A stretch of 64,000 nucleotides of DNA from an uncultured delta proteobacterium (GTDB lineage Bacteria > Desulfobacterota > Desulfuromonadia > Geobacterales > Pseudopelobacteraceae). A model generated the notes under the pieces. The model was not told the DNA's origin. It did not search any database and saw nothing but the letters and a program-made list of their open reading frames with translations. Positions 22,036 to 31,592 of this stretch are shown piece after piece. The stretch is from contig CAVYYZ010000001.1 in assembly GCA_963772835.1 (NCBI GenBank), positions 64,001-128,000 of the forward strand, given 5' to 3'. The position numbers and the translations under genes are program-made. Every line of letters starts with the position of its first letter. The first letter of the stretch is position 1.

Positions 22036-22512
22036 GAATTTGAACATAATGACTTCGAATTTGACACGTTAGACGAAGAGTTGTTGGTTGACGGCCGTTG
22101 CCGGCAGATTCTGAAACAATTCTATCTTTTTCTTCAGCAGCAGGGTATGGCGGCTGAACAGGCTTCCGAGCAAGCTTTCAGCATCGATCTTTATCTGCGG
22201 GATTATCTTATTGATTTTGGTCGTCAGAATATTGTGCGTCCTCAGCCGGGAACCGTAACCGCATTTGCAGGCTCCTGGTTTATCACACATACTCTGGATC
22301 CTGAGTTTTCCATGCTGGTGCGTCATCTTACTGCGATAACCGCTTTTTATCGTTATTTGCATCGACAGCATCTTATTTCTGAAGAGGAACTCTCTTTTAT
22401 ACTGAATGAGGCGGACGACCTTGATTATTTTAGACAACGCATTGATTCTTTTCTGAATCTTACCGGAGACGGTTTTGCTGCGTGGAACGCCGGCTGCCCC
22501 GCTGTGATTTGA
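22015..22512 (+). CDS. Hypothetical helical protein resembling a tyrosine-recombinase core-binding domain
   Basis: RHLTAITAFYRYL resembles the end of the XerC/D N-terminal domain; no catalytic motifs seen. Confidence 0.75.
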   Translation: MPQSTEIEFEHNDFEFDTLDEELLVDGRCRQILKQFYLFLQQQGMAAEQASEQAFSIDLYLRDYLIDFGRQNIVRPQPGTVTAFAGSWFITHTLDPEFSMLVRHLTAITAFYRYLHRQHLISEEELSFILNEADDLDYFRQRIDSFLNLTGDGFAAWNAGCPAVI

Positions 22513-22534
22513 GTGCTTTTACGGAGTGACAGAA

Positions 22535-22936
22535 ATGGCATGCAAAAATTCAAAGCTGATTGTCATTACGATTTATGAGCAAAAGCATCTCAAAAAAGAT
22601 TGGTACATTGATTTTGATGGTCAGCAGTTTCAAGCTGTTCTGGCAGAAATGATCGAGGAGATGGAACGGTTGGGCATTCTATTGACGGTGGTGCGAAATC
22701 GGGATGCAATTATTACGATTAAAAGTTATGCCGATCTTTTGAACGCCGTGAAAATATCTTCTCCGCAGGATGGGCATAGCAACCTCTGTGTTGGTCATAT
22801 AATCGGAAAAAGCGAGCGACTGGATATAGTTGATGATGTCAGCAGAGCTGTCAGGCGTGTGGCGTTTGCACCTGAAACGGTTGCACCTTCAAGCGAGTTC
22901 AGGAAAGTCTGCCATAACTGCGGTTGTGGTTGTTAG
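22535..22936 (+). CDS. Hypothetical protein with C-terminal CHNCGCGC motif
   Basis: Clean ORF after GGAG, operon-like spacing; start GTG 22526 or ATG 22535. Confidence 0.8.
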   Translation: MACKNSKLIVITIYEQKHLKKDWYIDFDGQQFQAVLAEMIEEMERLGILLTVVRNRDAIITIKSYADLLNAVKISSPQDGHSNLCVGHIIGKSERLDIVDDVSRAVRRVAFAPETVAPSSEFRKVCHNCGCGC

Positions 22937-23088
22937 TGAGTCGTAATTTTTTTGAAAGTTTGGTCTTATTTTTCTTTTCCGTTCAGTTTTACAGAAATTA
23001 TTTCGTGAACGTACTTATTTCATTTGTCAGGGCCGGTAGAAAATGATTTGGGTAACGAACTGTCCTGTTTATGAGGATTGAGTAGAAT

Positions 23089-23964
23089 ATGAAAAACGAG
23101 AGTGATAAACTCGACAGGTTGCTTGATAAAATCAGTGAACTGGTCGAACGTCTGGTTCCTGCCCAAGAGCCCCCTGTTGATGTAAGTGCCAGTCTTGCGT
23201 TCCGGTGGGAGCGGACAGGTGACACCGGCAGGCTTATGGCGGTAACTCATCCTCATCTGTTTGATCTGAATGAACTGATCGGCATTGATGAGATACGTGA
23301 TGAAGTCGTCCGCAATACAACTCAGTTTGTGATGTCTTTGCCTGCCAACAACGTCCTGCTCTGGGGAGAACGCGGCTGCGGTAAGTCATCGCTGGTCAAA
23401 GGTCTCTTGAAGATGTTTGCGCCCTTCGGGTTGCGGATTGTAGAGTTGAAACGCTGGGATATTCTGTCACTGCCTCAGATTGTTACTCTGTTACGGTGTG
23501 CTCCGTTTCGGTTTATCCTTTTCTGTGATGATCTTTCCTTTGATGAGGGGGAAGGTGATTTCAGGGCGCTAAAAACGCTTCTGGATGGCGATATTGAGGA
23601 GCGACCCTCAAATATCCTGATTTATGCAACCTCAAATCGAAGACACCTGATGCCGGAACGGATGTCCGGCAATAGCGCAGATTCTGAAATTCACCCAGAA
23701 GAAGCTGTCGGAGAGAAACTGGCTCTGTCTGACCGGTTTGGCCTTTCGCTCGGCTTTTACGAATTTACTCAGGATGAATATCTTGCAGTTATTCGTAGTT
23801 ATGCCGCTTTAAGGAATATTCCGCTTTCAGACGGAGACTTGTGCGACAAGGCGCTGAAATGGGCCAGGCTGACAGCACGCAGGAGCGGCCGTTCTGCCCT
23901 GCAATTTATTGATGATCTGGAAGGGCGTATGCTTCTGGAGAGGTCTACTTTAGCCCCTGCCTGA
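23089..23964 (+). CDS. AAA+ ATP-binding protein (DUF815-like)
   Basis: NNVLLWGERGCGKSSLVK Walker A, FCDDLSF, YATSNRRHL, LSDRFGL, RSGR. Confidence 0.9.
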   Translation: MKNESDKLDRLLDKISELVERLVPAQEPPVDVSASLAFRWERTGDTGRLMAVTHPHLFDLNELIGIDEIRDEVVRNTTQFVMSLPANNVLLWGERGCGKSSLVKGLLKMFAPFGLRIVELKRWDILSLPQIVTLLRCAPFRFILFCDDLSFDEGEGDFRALKTLLDGDIEERPSNILIYATSNRRHLMPERMSGNSADSEIHPEEAVGEKLALSDRFGLSLGFYEFTQDEYLAVIRSYAALRNIPLSDGDLCDKALKWARLTARRSGRSALQFIDDLEGRMLLERSTLAPA

Positions 23965-24032
23965 TTAATAAACGGATTCGGAGCGGGATACTGGCTGGTA
24001 CGGCATGGGAAATAGAGACTAAAACAGTATCT

Positions 24033-24215
24033 CTACTCTATGGGTGCCGGTTCACAAAGATTTTCAGAACAGTTGGCCTCGCCACCGCATGTGAAGCAAT
24101 AAAATTTCGGGTCACTACTTACCTTGGCTATTTCATCGTACATCCCGTTACTTCTCAACATACAGAGATGGCCATGGTGATCGGCTCCGCACCGGCATTT
24201 TGATTGAATAGTCAT
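24033..24215 (-). CDS. Small Cys/His-rich putative metal-binding protein (60 aa)
   Basis: CRC..HHGHLC..CFTC..C..LCEP; GGGGGA RBS; sigma54 motif upstream. Confidence 0.8.
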   Translation of the reverse strand: MTIQSKCRCGADHHGHLCMLRSNGMYDEIAKVSSDPKFYCFTCGGEANCSENLCEPAPIE

Positions 24216-24243
24216 TTTAATTCCCCCGGAAAGATGTATAACT

Positions 24244-24258
24244 GCAGAAATGTTGCCA
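24244..24258 (-). promoter_or_regulatory. Putative sigma54 promoter of the 60-aa Cys-rich gene
   Basis: Minus strand TGGCAACATTTCTGC (GG-N10-GC), about 30 nt upstream of the ATG. Confidence 0.65.
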
Positions 24259-24331
24259 CCATAACAGAACTATTGAAAAAAGAAAACAGCTTGAATACGG
24301 GCTGCTCTATTCTCAAAGGATAAAATTTGCC

Positions 24332-25405
24332 ATGATGTTCACGCCAACTTCTCTTCTGATAACCGGAGGGGCCGGCTTTATCGGTTCCAATTTCATCCAT
24401 TCATTTGTTGCCAGTAATCCGGAGTGCGCAATTACCAATCTGGATTGTCTGACATATGCCGGCAATCTTAAAAATCTGACTGCGCTTGAAGGGAATCCCA
24501 ATTACCGCTTTATTAAAGGGGATATCTGTGATGCTCCCCTGGTGGCGCGGCTCCTCACCGAACGGAGGATTGATGCTGTTGTTCATTTTGCCGCCGAGTC
24601 CCATGTCGATCGCTCGATCACCGGCCCGGAAATATTCGTCCGTACAAACGTACTCGGTACACAGGTGTTATTGGAAGAGAGCCGTAATTATTGGAACTCC
24701 GGTGCCGTCTCCAACTTCCGTTTTCTCCAGATATCAACAGATGAAGTCTATGGCAGTCTGGGTGATTCCGGCTATTTTACCGAAGAAACTCCTCTTGCCG
24801 CTAATTCGCCCTATTCGGCCAGTAAGGCCGGGGCTGACCTACTGGTGCGCGCGTATCATGAAACATTCGGCCTGCCAACCCTGAATACACGTTGCTCCAA
24901 TAATTATGGACCCTACCATTTTCCGGAAAAACTGATACCGCTTCTTATCCATAATATTATTCAGAAGAAGCCGCTCCCCGTCTACGGTGACGGGTTGAAT
25001 GTGCGTGACTGGCTGCATGTCCGTGACCACGCCGTGGCGATAGAGGCAGTGTTGAAAAAGGCATCGCCCGGTTCGGTCTATAATGTCGGAGGTAATAACG
25101 AATGGAAAAATATTGACATCGTCAATCTGGTCTGTGACCTGCTTGATGACCGTCTAGGCCGCACACGAAAAGAAAACCGCACTCTTATAACTTTTGTCAA
25201 GGACCGGCTTGGGCACGACAGACGGTATGCCATCGATGCCTCCCGGCTCAAATCAGATCTCGGCTGGAGCCCTTCCTATACCTTTGAACAGGGTATCGCT
25301 GAAACGATTGATTGGTATCTTGCCAACCAGGAATGGGTTGCCGAGGTGACTTCCGGGGCGTACCGTGAATATTATCAGAATCAGTATGGCGGAGGTGTCG
25401 CTTGA
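24332..25405 (+). CDS. rfbB: dTDP-glucose 4,6-dehydratase
   Basis: TGGAGFIGSNF, HFAAESHVDRSI, STDEVYG, YSASKA, GHDRRYA. Confidence 0.96.
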   Translation: MMFTPTSLLITGGAGFIGSNFIHSFVASNPECAITNLDCLTYAGNLKNLTALEGNPNYRFIKGDICDAPLVARLLTERRIDAVVHFAAESHVDRSITGPEIFVRTNVLGTQVLLEESRNYWNSGAVSNFRFLQISTDEVYGSLGDSGYFTEETPLAANSPYSASKAGADLLVRAYHETFGLPTLNTRCSNNYGPYHFPEKLIPLLIHNIIQKKPLPVYGDGLNVRDWLHVRDHAVAIEAVLKKASPGSVYNVGGNNEWKNIDIVNLVCDLLDDRLGRTRKENRTLITFVKDRLGHDRRYAIDASRLKSDLGWSPSYTFEQGIAETIDWYLANQEWVAEVTSGAYREYYQNQYGGGVA

Positions 25406-26241
25406 TTCTGGTCGTAGGCGCAAACGGCATGCTGGGCCGAGACCTGACTGCGCTTCTGGGCGTCAGAGGACTCGGCGTCGACATTGCCGAGATTGACATT
25501 ACATCGCCCGAATCGGTACTGAAGGTTATCGGTGATTTAAAACCGGAAGTAGTGATCAATTGTGCCGCCTTTGCCGATGTAGACGGCTGCGAAAGTAACA
25601 CCGAGACGGCAATGGCGGTTAATGGCGAGGGGGTTGCGTACCTGGCGATGGCATGCCGGGACCTCGGCGCACTGCTGGTACAGGTCAGCACTGACTACGT
25701 TTTTGATGGCGGTAAGGGACTGCCCTACGTTGAGGATGATGCCCCCTGTCCGCTCAGTGTCTACGGCGAGTCAAAGCTGGCCGGCGAAATGAACGCCGCA
25801 TTTTCTCCGCAGCATTTAATTGTAAGGACGCAGTGGCTCTACGGTCTGCATGGCAAAAATTTTGTTGAGACTATGCTTCGTATGGGGGCCGAAAAGGATG
25901 AACTGTCTGTAGTTGATGATCAGATCGGTTCACCGACCTGGACTGTTGATCTCGCTCGGTCGATTATTGCGCTGATTGACAACGGCTGCCGGGGAATCTA
26001 TCATGCGGCCAATTCGGAATACTGCTCATGGAACGGTTTTGCACAGGCGATCTTTGAAGAGGCAGGTTTACACATTTCGGTCAGACCGATGAAAACAACG
26101 GCGTTGAACCGCCCCGCCCGGCGACCTCTCTATTCAACGCTTGAGTGCGGCAAACTGACCGAGGACACCGGTTTTCGTCCGCAAGAATGGCGAAATGCCT
26201 TGCGGGAATATCTGAAACTTCGCATCTCAAATAAATTCTGA
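25402..26241 (+). CDS. rfbD: dTDP-4-dehydrorhamnose reductase
   Basis: GANGMLG, STDYVFDG, YGESKLAGE, DQIGSPT. Confidence 0.95.
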   Translation: MILVVGANGMLGRDLTALLGVRGLGVDIAEIDITSPESVLKVIGDLKPEVVINCAAFADVDGCESNTETAMAVNGEGVAYLAMACRDLGALLVQVSTDYVFDGGKGLPYVEDDAPCPLSVYGESKLAGEMNAAFSPQHLIVRTQWLYGLHGKNFVETMLRMGAEKDELSVVDDQIGSPTWTVDLARSIIALIDNGCRGIYHAANSEYCSWNGFAQAIFEEAGLHISVRPMKTTALNRPARRPLYSTLECGKLTEDTGFRPQEWRNALREYLKLRISNKF

Positions 26242-26252
26242 AAGGAACAGCA

Positions 26253-26657
26253 ATGGAACGTGGTGAACGCCCGTGGGGCACGTATACAGTTCTCGATGAG
26301 AATAAAAGTTATAAAATAAAGCGCATAGAGGTCCGCCCCGGTCAGCGTCTGTCGCTGCAGAAACATCATCACCGCAGTGAACATTGGATCGTGGTATCCG
26401 GCACGGCCCTTGTTACCTGCGGGGACAGTCAACAGGTTGTTAACGTTAATGAATCGACCTTTATTCCGATCGGCCAGAACCACCGCCTCGAAAATCCAGG
26501 CAAGATACCGCTTGTGATCATTGAAGTTCAGAGTGGAGAATATCTGGGTGAGGACGATATCGTCCGCTTTAATGACGACTATAATCGTTGTGAAAACCCA
26601 GACTCTGACAAATCGGAAGCCATTTTGTCCGCAAAAAACGCAGAAAATGATATTTAA
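26253..26657 (+). CDS. Type II phosphomannose isomerase cupin domain (stand-alone)
   Basis: RPWG, LSLQKHHHRSEHW, HRLENPG, IEVQSGEYLGEDDIVR. Confidence 0.92.
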   Translation: MERGERPWGTYTVLDENKSYKIKRIEVRPGQRLSLQKHHHRSEHWIVVSGTALVTCGDSQQVVNVNESTFIPIGQNHRLENPGKIPLVIIEVQSGEYLGEDDIVRFNDDYNRCENPDSDKSEAILSAKNAENDI

Positions 26658-27198
26658 TGTACTAATGTCGCTCAGTCACATCTTCAATAGAAGCACCCAG
26701 CGGCTTCTTTTCTGCGCCTGCGTGACGTGCCTCTGTGCGGGATGCGCAGCCTCCTCCACAACAATCATTGAAGAGGAAGTCGTCACTAATGCCAGGCCGA
26801 TGTATAGTTATACATCACTCGTGATCCAGGATTTAGATCTGAAGCGGGAATTGTACTCCGATTCTCCCGATGCCGTAATGAACCATCGCGAACTCAGGTA
26901 TGCAAACCTCCCGGGTGAATTGTCCGAGCATATTGAACGCTATGTAAAGTCCCACCATACGTATAAAAATATTTCGCGTGACGGGACGCCGGACAGTGCA
27001 ACACTAGTGCTGACCGGAAAATTTATCCGCCTCGGACGCTTCAAAATATCGATTATAGTCAGCTTGCGTGATGGCGTTAGCGGCCAGGAGGTCGCATTTT
27101 TCCGTCAGACCTTGTGGGATGTTTTGGATACAACCGACTCGATTAACCTGCTTGGTCGAGAAACAGCGGATTTTATTAATAGGATTCAGTACAAATAA
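26647..27198 (+). CDS. Putative lipoprotein
   Basis: Hydrophobic stretch ending in lipobox-like LCAG-C; start 26647 or 26665. Confidence 0.75.
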   Translation: MIFNVLMSLSHIFNRSTQRLLFCACVTCLCAGCAASSTTIIEEEVVTNARPMYSYTSLVIQDLDLKRELYSDSPDAVMNHRELRYANLPGELSEHIERYVKSHHTYKNISRDGTPDSATLVLTGKFIRLGRFKISIIVSLRDGVSGQEVAFFRQTLWDVLDTTDSINLLGRETADFINRIQYK

Positions 27199-27211
27199 CA
27201 GGAGATCTGCT

Positions 27212-28300
27212 ATGTACATTGTTATTCTGGCCGGAGGGTCAGGTACAAGATTCTGGCCTCTTTCGCGAGCTGCCCGTCCGAAACAGCTGATTTCAATCAC
27301 CGGTGATCGAAGCATGCTGCAGAGAACAGTAGAGCGGGTCCTGGATCTTAATCCGACGCGGATCCTGATCATAACCAACCATCTTCAGGCGGATGAAACC
27401 GAACGCCAGATGAAGCGGTACGACTCTATACCGATTGATGTCATCGCCGAACCCTCCGCTCGAAATACAGCACCGGCTATTGGTCTTGCCGCAGCACTTA
27501 TTGCCGCTCGGGACCCTTCTGGATTAATGGCAGTCCTGCCTGCCGATCATTTCATAAAAAATGAACGTATGCTGCGTGACACACTGACCTTTGCGGGAGA
27601 GGTAGCGCGGGACGGATTTCTGGTAACGCTCGGTATATTACCGTCACGTCCAGAGACAGGATATGGCTACATCGAAGCCGAAACGAACCTCTCCAATGAT
27701 GGACATGTGCAGGGACCGTTCCCGGTCAAACGTTTTATTGAAAAACCGCCGCTGGCAGAAGCTGTACGTTTTTTGGATGAGGGGAACTTCTTCTGGAACA
27801 GCGGTATGTTTATCTGGCGGGTAGACACAATTTTAGAGGAGATGGGAACGTTCATGCCGACTCTGCACGAAAAACTGGTGCAGTTGCTGAAAACGTGTGC
27901 CAAGGATAACCATACCGTTCTGAATGCGAAGATCTCGACTCTATACAAGGACATCGAGAGCATTTCTATCGATTACGGGGTTATGGAAAAATCTTCACGG
28001 GTTCAGATGGTCCCGGTCGAGATGGGGTGGAGTGATGTCGGCAGTTGGAGCGCTCTGCCGGAGGTAATTGAGCCTGACTGTTCGGGGACAGTTTGTATTA
28101 ATGCAGGCGGACATATTGCTGTCGATTCATCTGATTGTCTGATTTATGCTGATGGGAGAATGGTGGCTACGGTTGGTGTTCATAACATTGTAATCGTGTC
28201 CACTCCGGATGCCATTCTGGTCTGTGATCGCGAGCGCTGCCAGGATGTAAAAAAAGTGGTTGAGCAGTTGGCAGCCGGCGGGTTGACCGCCTACCTCTAG
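27212..28300 (+). CDS. manC: Mannose-1-phosphate guanylyltransferase (no PMI domain)
   Basis: ILAGGSGTRFWPLSR, EPSARNTAPA, PADH, PETGYGYI, WNSGMF, SIDYGVME, WSDVGSW. Confidence 0.93.
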   Translation: MYIVILAGGSGTRFWPLSRAARPKQLISITGDRSMLQRTVERVLDLNPTRILIITNHLQADETERQMKRYDSIPIDVIAEPSARNTAPAIGLAAALIAARDPSGLMAVLPADHFIKNERMLRDTLTFAGEVARDGFLVTLGILPSRPETGYGYIEAETNLSNDGHVQGPFPVKRFIEKPPLAEAVRFLDEGNFFWNSGMFIWRVDTILEEMGTFMPTLHEKLVQLLKTCAKDNHTVLNAKISTLYKDIESISIDYGVMEKSSRVQMVPVEMGWSDVGSWSALPEVIEPDCSGTVCINAGGHIAVDSSDCLIYADGRMVATVGVHNIVIVSTPDAILVCDRERCQDVKKVVEQLAAGGLTAYL

Positions 28301-28334
28301 TTTGTTGACGCGTCAGGTCATTTTTTTCAGCCTA

Positions 28335-28366
28335 TTGTCAACCTTACGCCCTGAACCGGTTAACCA
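28335..28366. promoter_or_regulatory. BirA biotin operator
   Basis: TTGTCAACC-N14-GGTTAACCA directly upstream of bioF, close to the deltaproteobacterial TGTCAACC-N14-GGTTGACA palindrome as I recall it. Confidence 0.75.
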
Positions 28367-28381
28367 GTGTAAAGGCCGATT

Positions 28382-29554
28382 ATGCAAAAAACAATTCAGA
28401 GCGAGCTTGAAGACATCAGGGCTCGTGGATTATTAAGAGGAACCAGGCTGATCAGAGGTCGACAATCGTCGCGTGTTACCTGCAACGGACACGACGTGCT
28501 GTTACTCTGTTCCAATAATTATCTTGGTTTGGCCGATCATCCTGCCCTGGCAGCCGCTTCGATAGCGGCAATTCAGCGGTATGGGACATCGAGTGGTGCC
28601 TCTCGTCTGGTTTCCGGGACAATGGAGATGCATGAACAGCTGGAGGGTGCTGTCGCCTCTTTTAAAAAGAGTGAGGCGGCTCTCCTTTTCAACAGCGGGC
28701 ATGCCGCAAATACCGGTATTATTCCGGTTATTGTCGGACGGGGTGATGTTGTTTTTTCCGATCGGCTCAACCATGCCAGCATCGTTGATGGAATTCTGCT
28801 CTCCAGGGCACGACTGGTACGCTATCCTCATAACGATTTTCGCACTCTTGCCACTCTCATGGACAAACATGCCGGGGGGCGCAGTCTGATTATCAGCGAT
28901 GGTGTCTTCAGTATGGATGGCGACATTGCACCGCTATCTGAGCTGGCCGCCCTTAAACGCTCCCATGGAGCATTACTTATGATCGATGATGCTCATGGGT
29001 GCGGCGTACTTGGAGAAGGCGGACGGGGAAGTGCCGAGCTACTAGGAGTCGGGAATGCTGTAGATATTCAGATGGGGACATTTGGCAAAGCGTTGGGAAG
29101 TTTTGGGGCATATGCGGCTGTTTCTGTAGAATTGCGTGAACTGTTGATCAATAGGGCCCGCAGCTTCATATTCTCTACATCTTTGCCACCTGCTGTATTG
29201 GCTGCATCCCTGGCTGCTGTAACACTAGTACAGACTCTGGAAGGGAACGAGCTGAGAGAACGGCTGCGTACCAACAGCAGTTTTTTCAGAAACAGTCTTG
29301 CTTCAGCCGGCTTCAGAATCCCTGGCGGCTCAACCCAGATTGTGCCGGTTGTCATTGGATCCGCTGATACTACCATGCAGTTTTCTGAAGCGCTTTTGAA
29401 TGAGGGGGTGTTTGCTCAGGGGATTCGTCCTCCAACAGTTCCTGCCGGTACCAGTCGCCTCCGGTTTACACTGATGGCCACTCATACTCTTGCCGATCTG
29501 GACGTTGCCGTTGAATGTATATGCAGGATTGGTAAGCGCCTTGGGGTTGTGTGA
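28382..29554 (+). CDS. bioF: 8-amino-7-oxononanoate synthase
   Basis: [48 protein letters not shown]. Confidence 0.95.
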   Translation: MQKTIQSELEDIRARGLLRGTRLIRGRQSSRVTCNGHDVLLLCSNNYLGLADHPALAAASIAAIQRYGTSSGASRLVSGTMEMHEQLEGAVASFKKSEAALLFNSGHAANTGIIPVIVGRGDVVFSDRLNHASIVDGILLSRARLVRYPHNDFRTLATLMDKHAGGRSLIISDGVFSMDGDIAPLSELAALKRSHGALLMIDDAHGCGVLGEGGRGSAELLGVGNAVDIQMGTFGKALGSFGAYAAVSVELRELLINRARSFIFSTSLPPAVLAASLAAVTLVQTLEGNELRERLRTNSSFFRNSLASAGFRIPGGSTQIVPVVIGSADTTMQFSEALLNEGVFAQGIRPPTVPAGTSRLRFTLMATHTLADLDVAVECICRIGKRLGVV

Positions 29555-30381
29555 TGCCGTGGTATGAGAACCGTAGAGGCGAGTTATTATGGTATGAAGA
29601 CGAGGGGACAGGGTATCCGGTTGTGCTGGTTCACGGGTGGTGCATGTCGTCAGCAGTATGGAAATACCAGATCGAAGGTCTCTCCTCATCGCAGAGGCTC
29701 CTGGCCCCCGATCTTCGCGGCCACGGCAGATCGCGGGGAACATCGGGTCACCTGGATTTCAATACATTTGCCAATGATCTGGTAGATCTGGTTGATCGCC
29801 TGAAGCTTTCAAGGGTAGTCCTGATAGGTTGGTCGATGGGGGCGCAGGTTGCGCTTCAATCGTGTGCAGAACTGTCCGGCAGACTTGCTGGAATGATTCT
29901 GGTCTCTGCAACTCCACGTTTTACCGCCTCGGATGATTTTCCTCACGGCCTTTCCGGTATCGAAGTCAACGGAATGCGTTTAAAGGTCCTACGCAACACA
30001 CAGCGCGCCTTGGATGGCTTTGTCTCCCGGCTGTTTACTGAAAGTGAGATTGAAGGCCAACTGTCTGCCTCTGAGATTAAAAATCTGCTTTCGTCTATAG
30101 AGCCTCCTGATACTTCGGTGGTACTTGATTCGCTTGATGCGCTTGCCGGTGAAGACATGCGTCATATTCTGACAACACTAGACATCCCTACATTGATTAT
30201 AAATGGCGGTCAGGATCGTATTTGTCTGCCACAGGCATCAAAATATCTGAAGGATCACATTCCGGATGCTGAGCAGGCGGTTTTTCCACTCTGCGGACAT
30301 GCACCGTTTTTGACGCACCTCCATCAGTTTAATGCGGAAATCAGTAGATTTACCAGGAGAGTCTGTGGACACTATCCCTGA
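29551..30381 (+). CDS. bioH: Alpha/beta hydrolase, pimeloyl-ACP methyl ester esterase
   Basis: HGW, GWSMG nucleophile elbow, GHAPF; lies between bioF and bioC. Confidence 0.85.
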   Translation: MMPWYENRRGELLWYEDEGTGYPVVLVHGWCMSSAVWKYQIEGLSSSQRLLAPDLRGHGRSRGTSGHLDFNTFANDLVDLVDRLKLSRVVLIGWSMGAQVALQSCAELSGRLAGMILVSATPRFTASDDFPHGLSGIEVNGMRLKVLRNTQRALDGFVSRLFTESEIEGQLSASEIKNLLSSIEPPDTSVVLDSLDALAGEDMRHILTTLDIPTLIINGGQDRICLPQASKYLKDHIPDAEQAVFPLCGHAPFLTHLHQFNAEISRFTRRVCGHYP

Positions 30382-31189
30382 TAGAAGTAAAGTTGCAGCT
30401 GCATTTCATCACAAAGCTGTCGAGTATGATTCGCATGTTCTTGTTCAGAAAAGGGTTGCATCCCAACTGAAGAGAGCTGTCGGGCTACATCTCAACGGGG
30501 CTGTCACGAATATTCTCGATGTCGGTACTGGTACAGGAGCACTGCTTGAAGAAATGCATCTAAGTTATCCGGATGCCCGCCTGACCGGTGTCGACATTGC
30601 TCTCAATATGTGTATGCGTACGCGGCAAAAACTTGGTACTGCCTGCTTCGTAGTTAACGGCGAAGCCGAGTCCCTGCCATTTATAAACGGGACATTTGAT
30701 TTGGTCGTTTCAGCATCTGTATTACAGTGGGTGGGTAATTTATCCGCTGCTCTGCATGAGATGAATAGAGTGGTACGGCCCGGCGGGGACATTTGTCTCG
30801 CTTTTTTCTGCCATGGAACGCTTGAAGAGCTCCAATGTTGTTTTAGGGATTCGATCAGTAGGTACGGCCTTGGCGGAAGTCAAAGAGTATCCCGTCTGCA
30901 CCGGTTTTGTGCTGTTGAAGACGTTGTGGCAATTATAAACGGTATGAATTATGAGAGGGCGGTTGTTACGGTCGAAACTGAAGTAGATTGGTATAAAGAT
31001 CTCAATTCTCTGCTTCGATCGATAAAAAACATCGGAGCAGGAACTGTATCGGGCGGCTCTGGAAACGGTCTGGGGTGGAGAGGGATTCTGCAGGCAACTG
31101 CCCGTGCGTATCAAGAGAAGTATGAAGTGGAGGGACAGATCCCGGCTACGTATAAAGTCCTTTATCTGTCTGCCCGAACACAGTTGTAA
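30365..31189 (+). CDS. bioC: Malonyl-ACP O-methyltransferase
   Basis: YD..VQ, LDVGTGTG SAM motif, LQW, GTLEEL, KNIGAG, ATY. Confidence 0.85.
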   Translation: MDTIPDRSKVAAAFHHKAVEYDSHVLVQKRVASQLKRAVGLHLNGAVTNILDVGTGTGALLEEMHLSYPDARLTGVDIALNMCMRTRQKLGTACFVVNGEAESLPFINGTFDLVVSASVLQWVGNLSAALHEMNRVVRPGGDICLAFFCHGTLEELQCCFRDSISRYGLGGSQRVSRLHRFCAVEDVVAIINGMNYERAVVTVETEVDWYKDLNSLLRSIKNIGAGTVSGGSGNGLGWRGILQATARAYQEKYEVEGQIPATYKVLYLSARTQL

Positions 31190-31223
31190 ATAACATATGG
31201 CGTAATGCCGAGACGATTTCGGG

Positions 31224-31496
31224 CTATAACGAACTTATGATCTTCTTCGCAAACGAATTGATAACGCTGTAATGAACTTCAACCCCATCACGCCTTCCCT
31301 CAATTATTCCTTTGTTCTTAAGCAGTGCCAGGTGTTGAGACACCGTTGCCTGAGGAAGACCGAGGCATTCCCAGATATGTTTTACATTACATTCCTGAGT
31401 ACAAAGTCCCGTAACAATCTTCAAGCGGATAGGGTGCCCAAGCACTTTTAAGACATCTGCTTCTGCAGTAAATTTTTTTTCTTTATCAAAGGCCAT
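31224..31496 (-). CDS. ArsR/SmtB family transcriptional regulator
   Basis: LKVLGHPIRLKI, QATVSQHLALLK, RRDG..HY; start at MAFDK. Confidence 0.92.
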   Translation of the reverse strand: MAFDKEKKFTAEADVLKVLGHPIRLKIVTGLCTQECNVKHIWECLGLPQATVSQHLALLKNKGIIEGRRDGVEVHYSVINSFAKKIISSL

Positions 31497-31592
31497 TACT
31501 TGGGCTCTCCATTTTTTTAATATCATATATATGGATTTTGTGCGAGTCAATCGAAAACTGGTCTGGATGATCTTATTACTGGAAGTAATCTC

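Noticed and set aside
22910..22936. CHNC as a heme c site or selenocysteine read-through
   Set aside because: Not CxxCH, no signal peptide, and the stop is TAG rather than TGA
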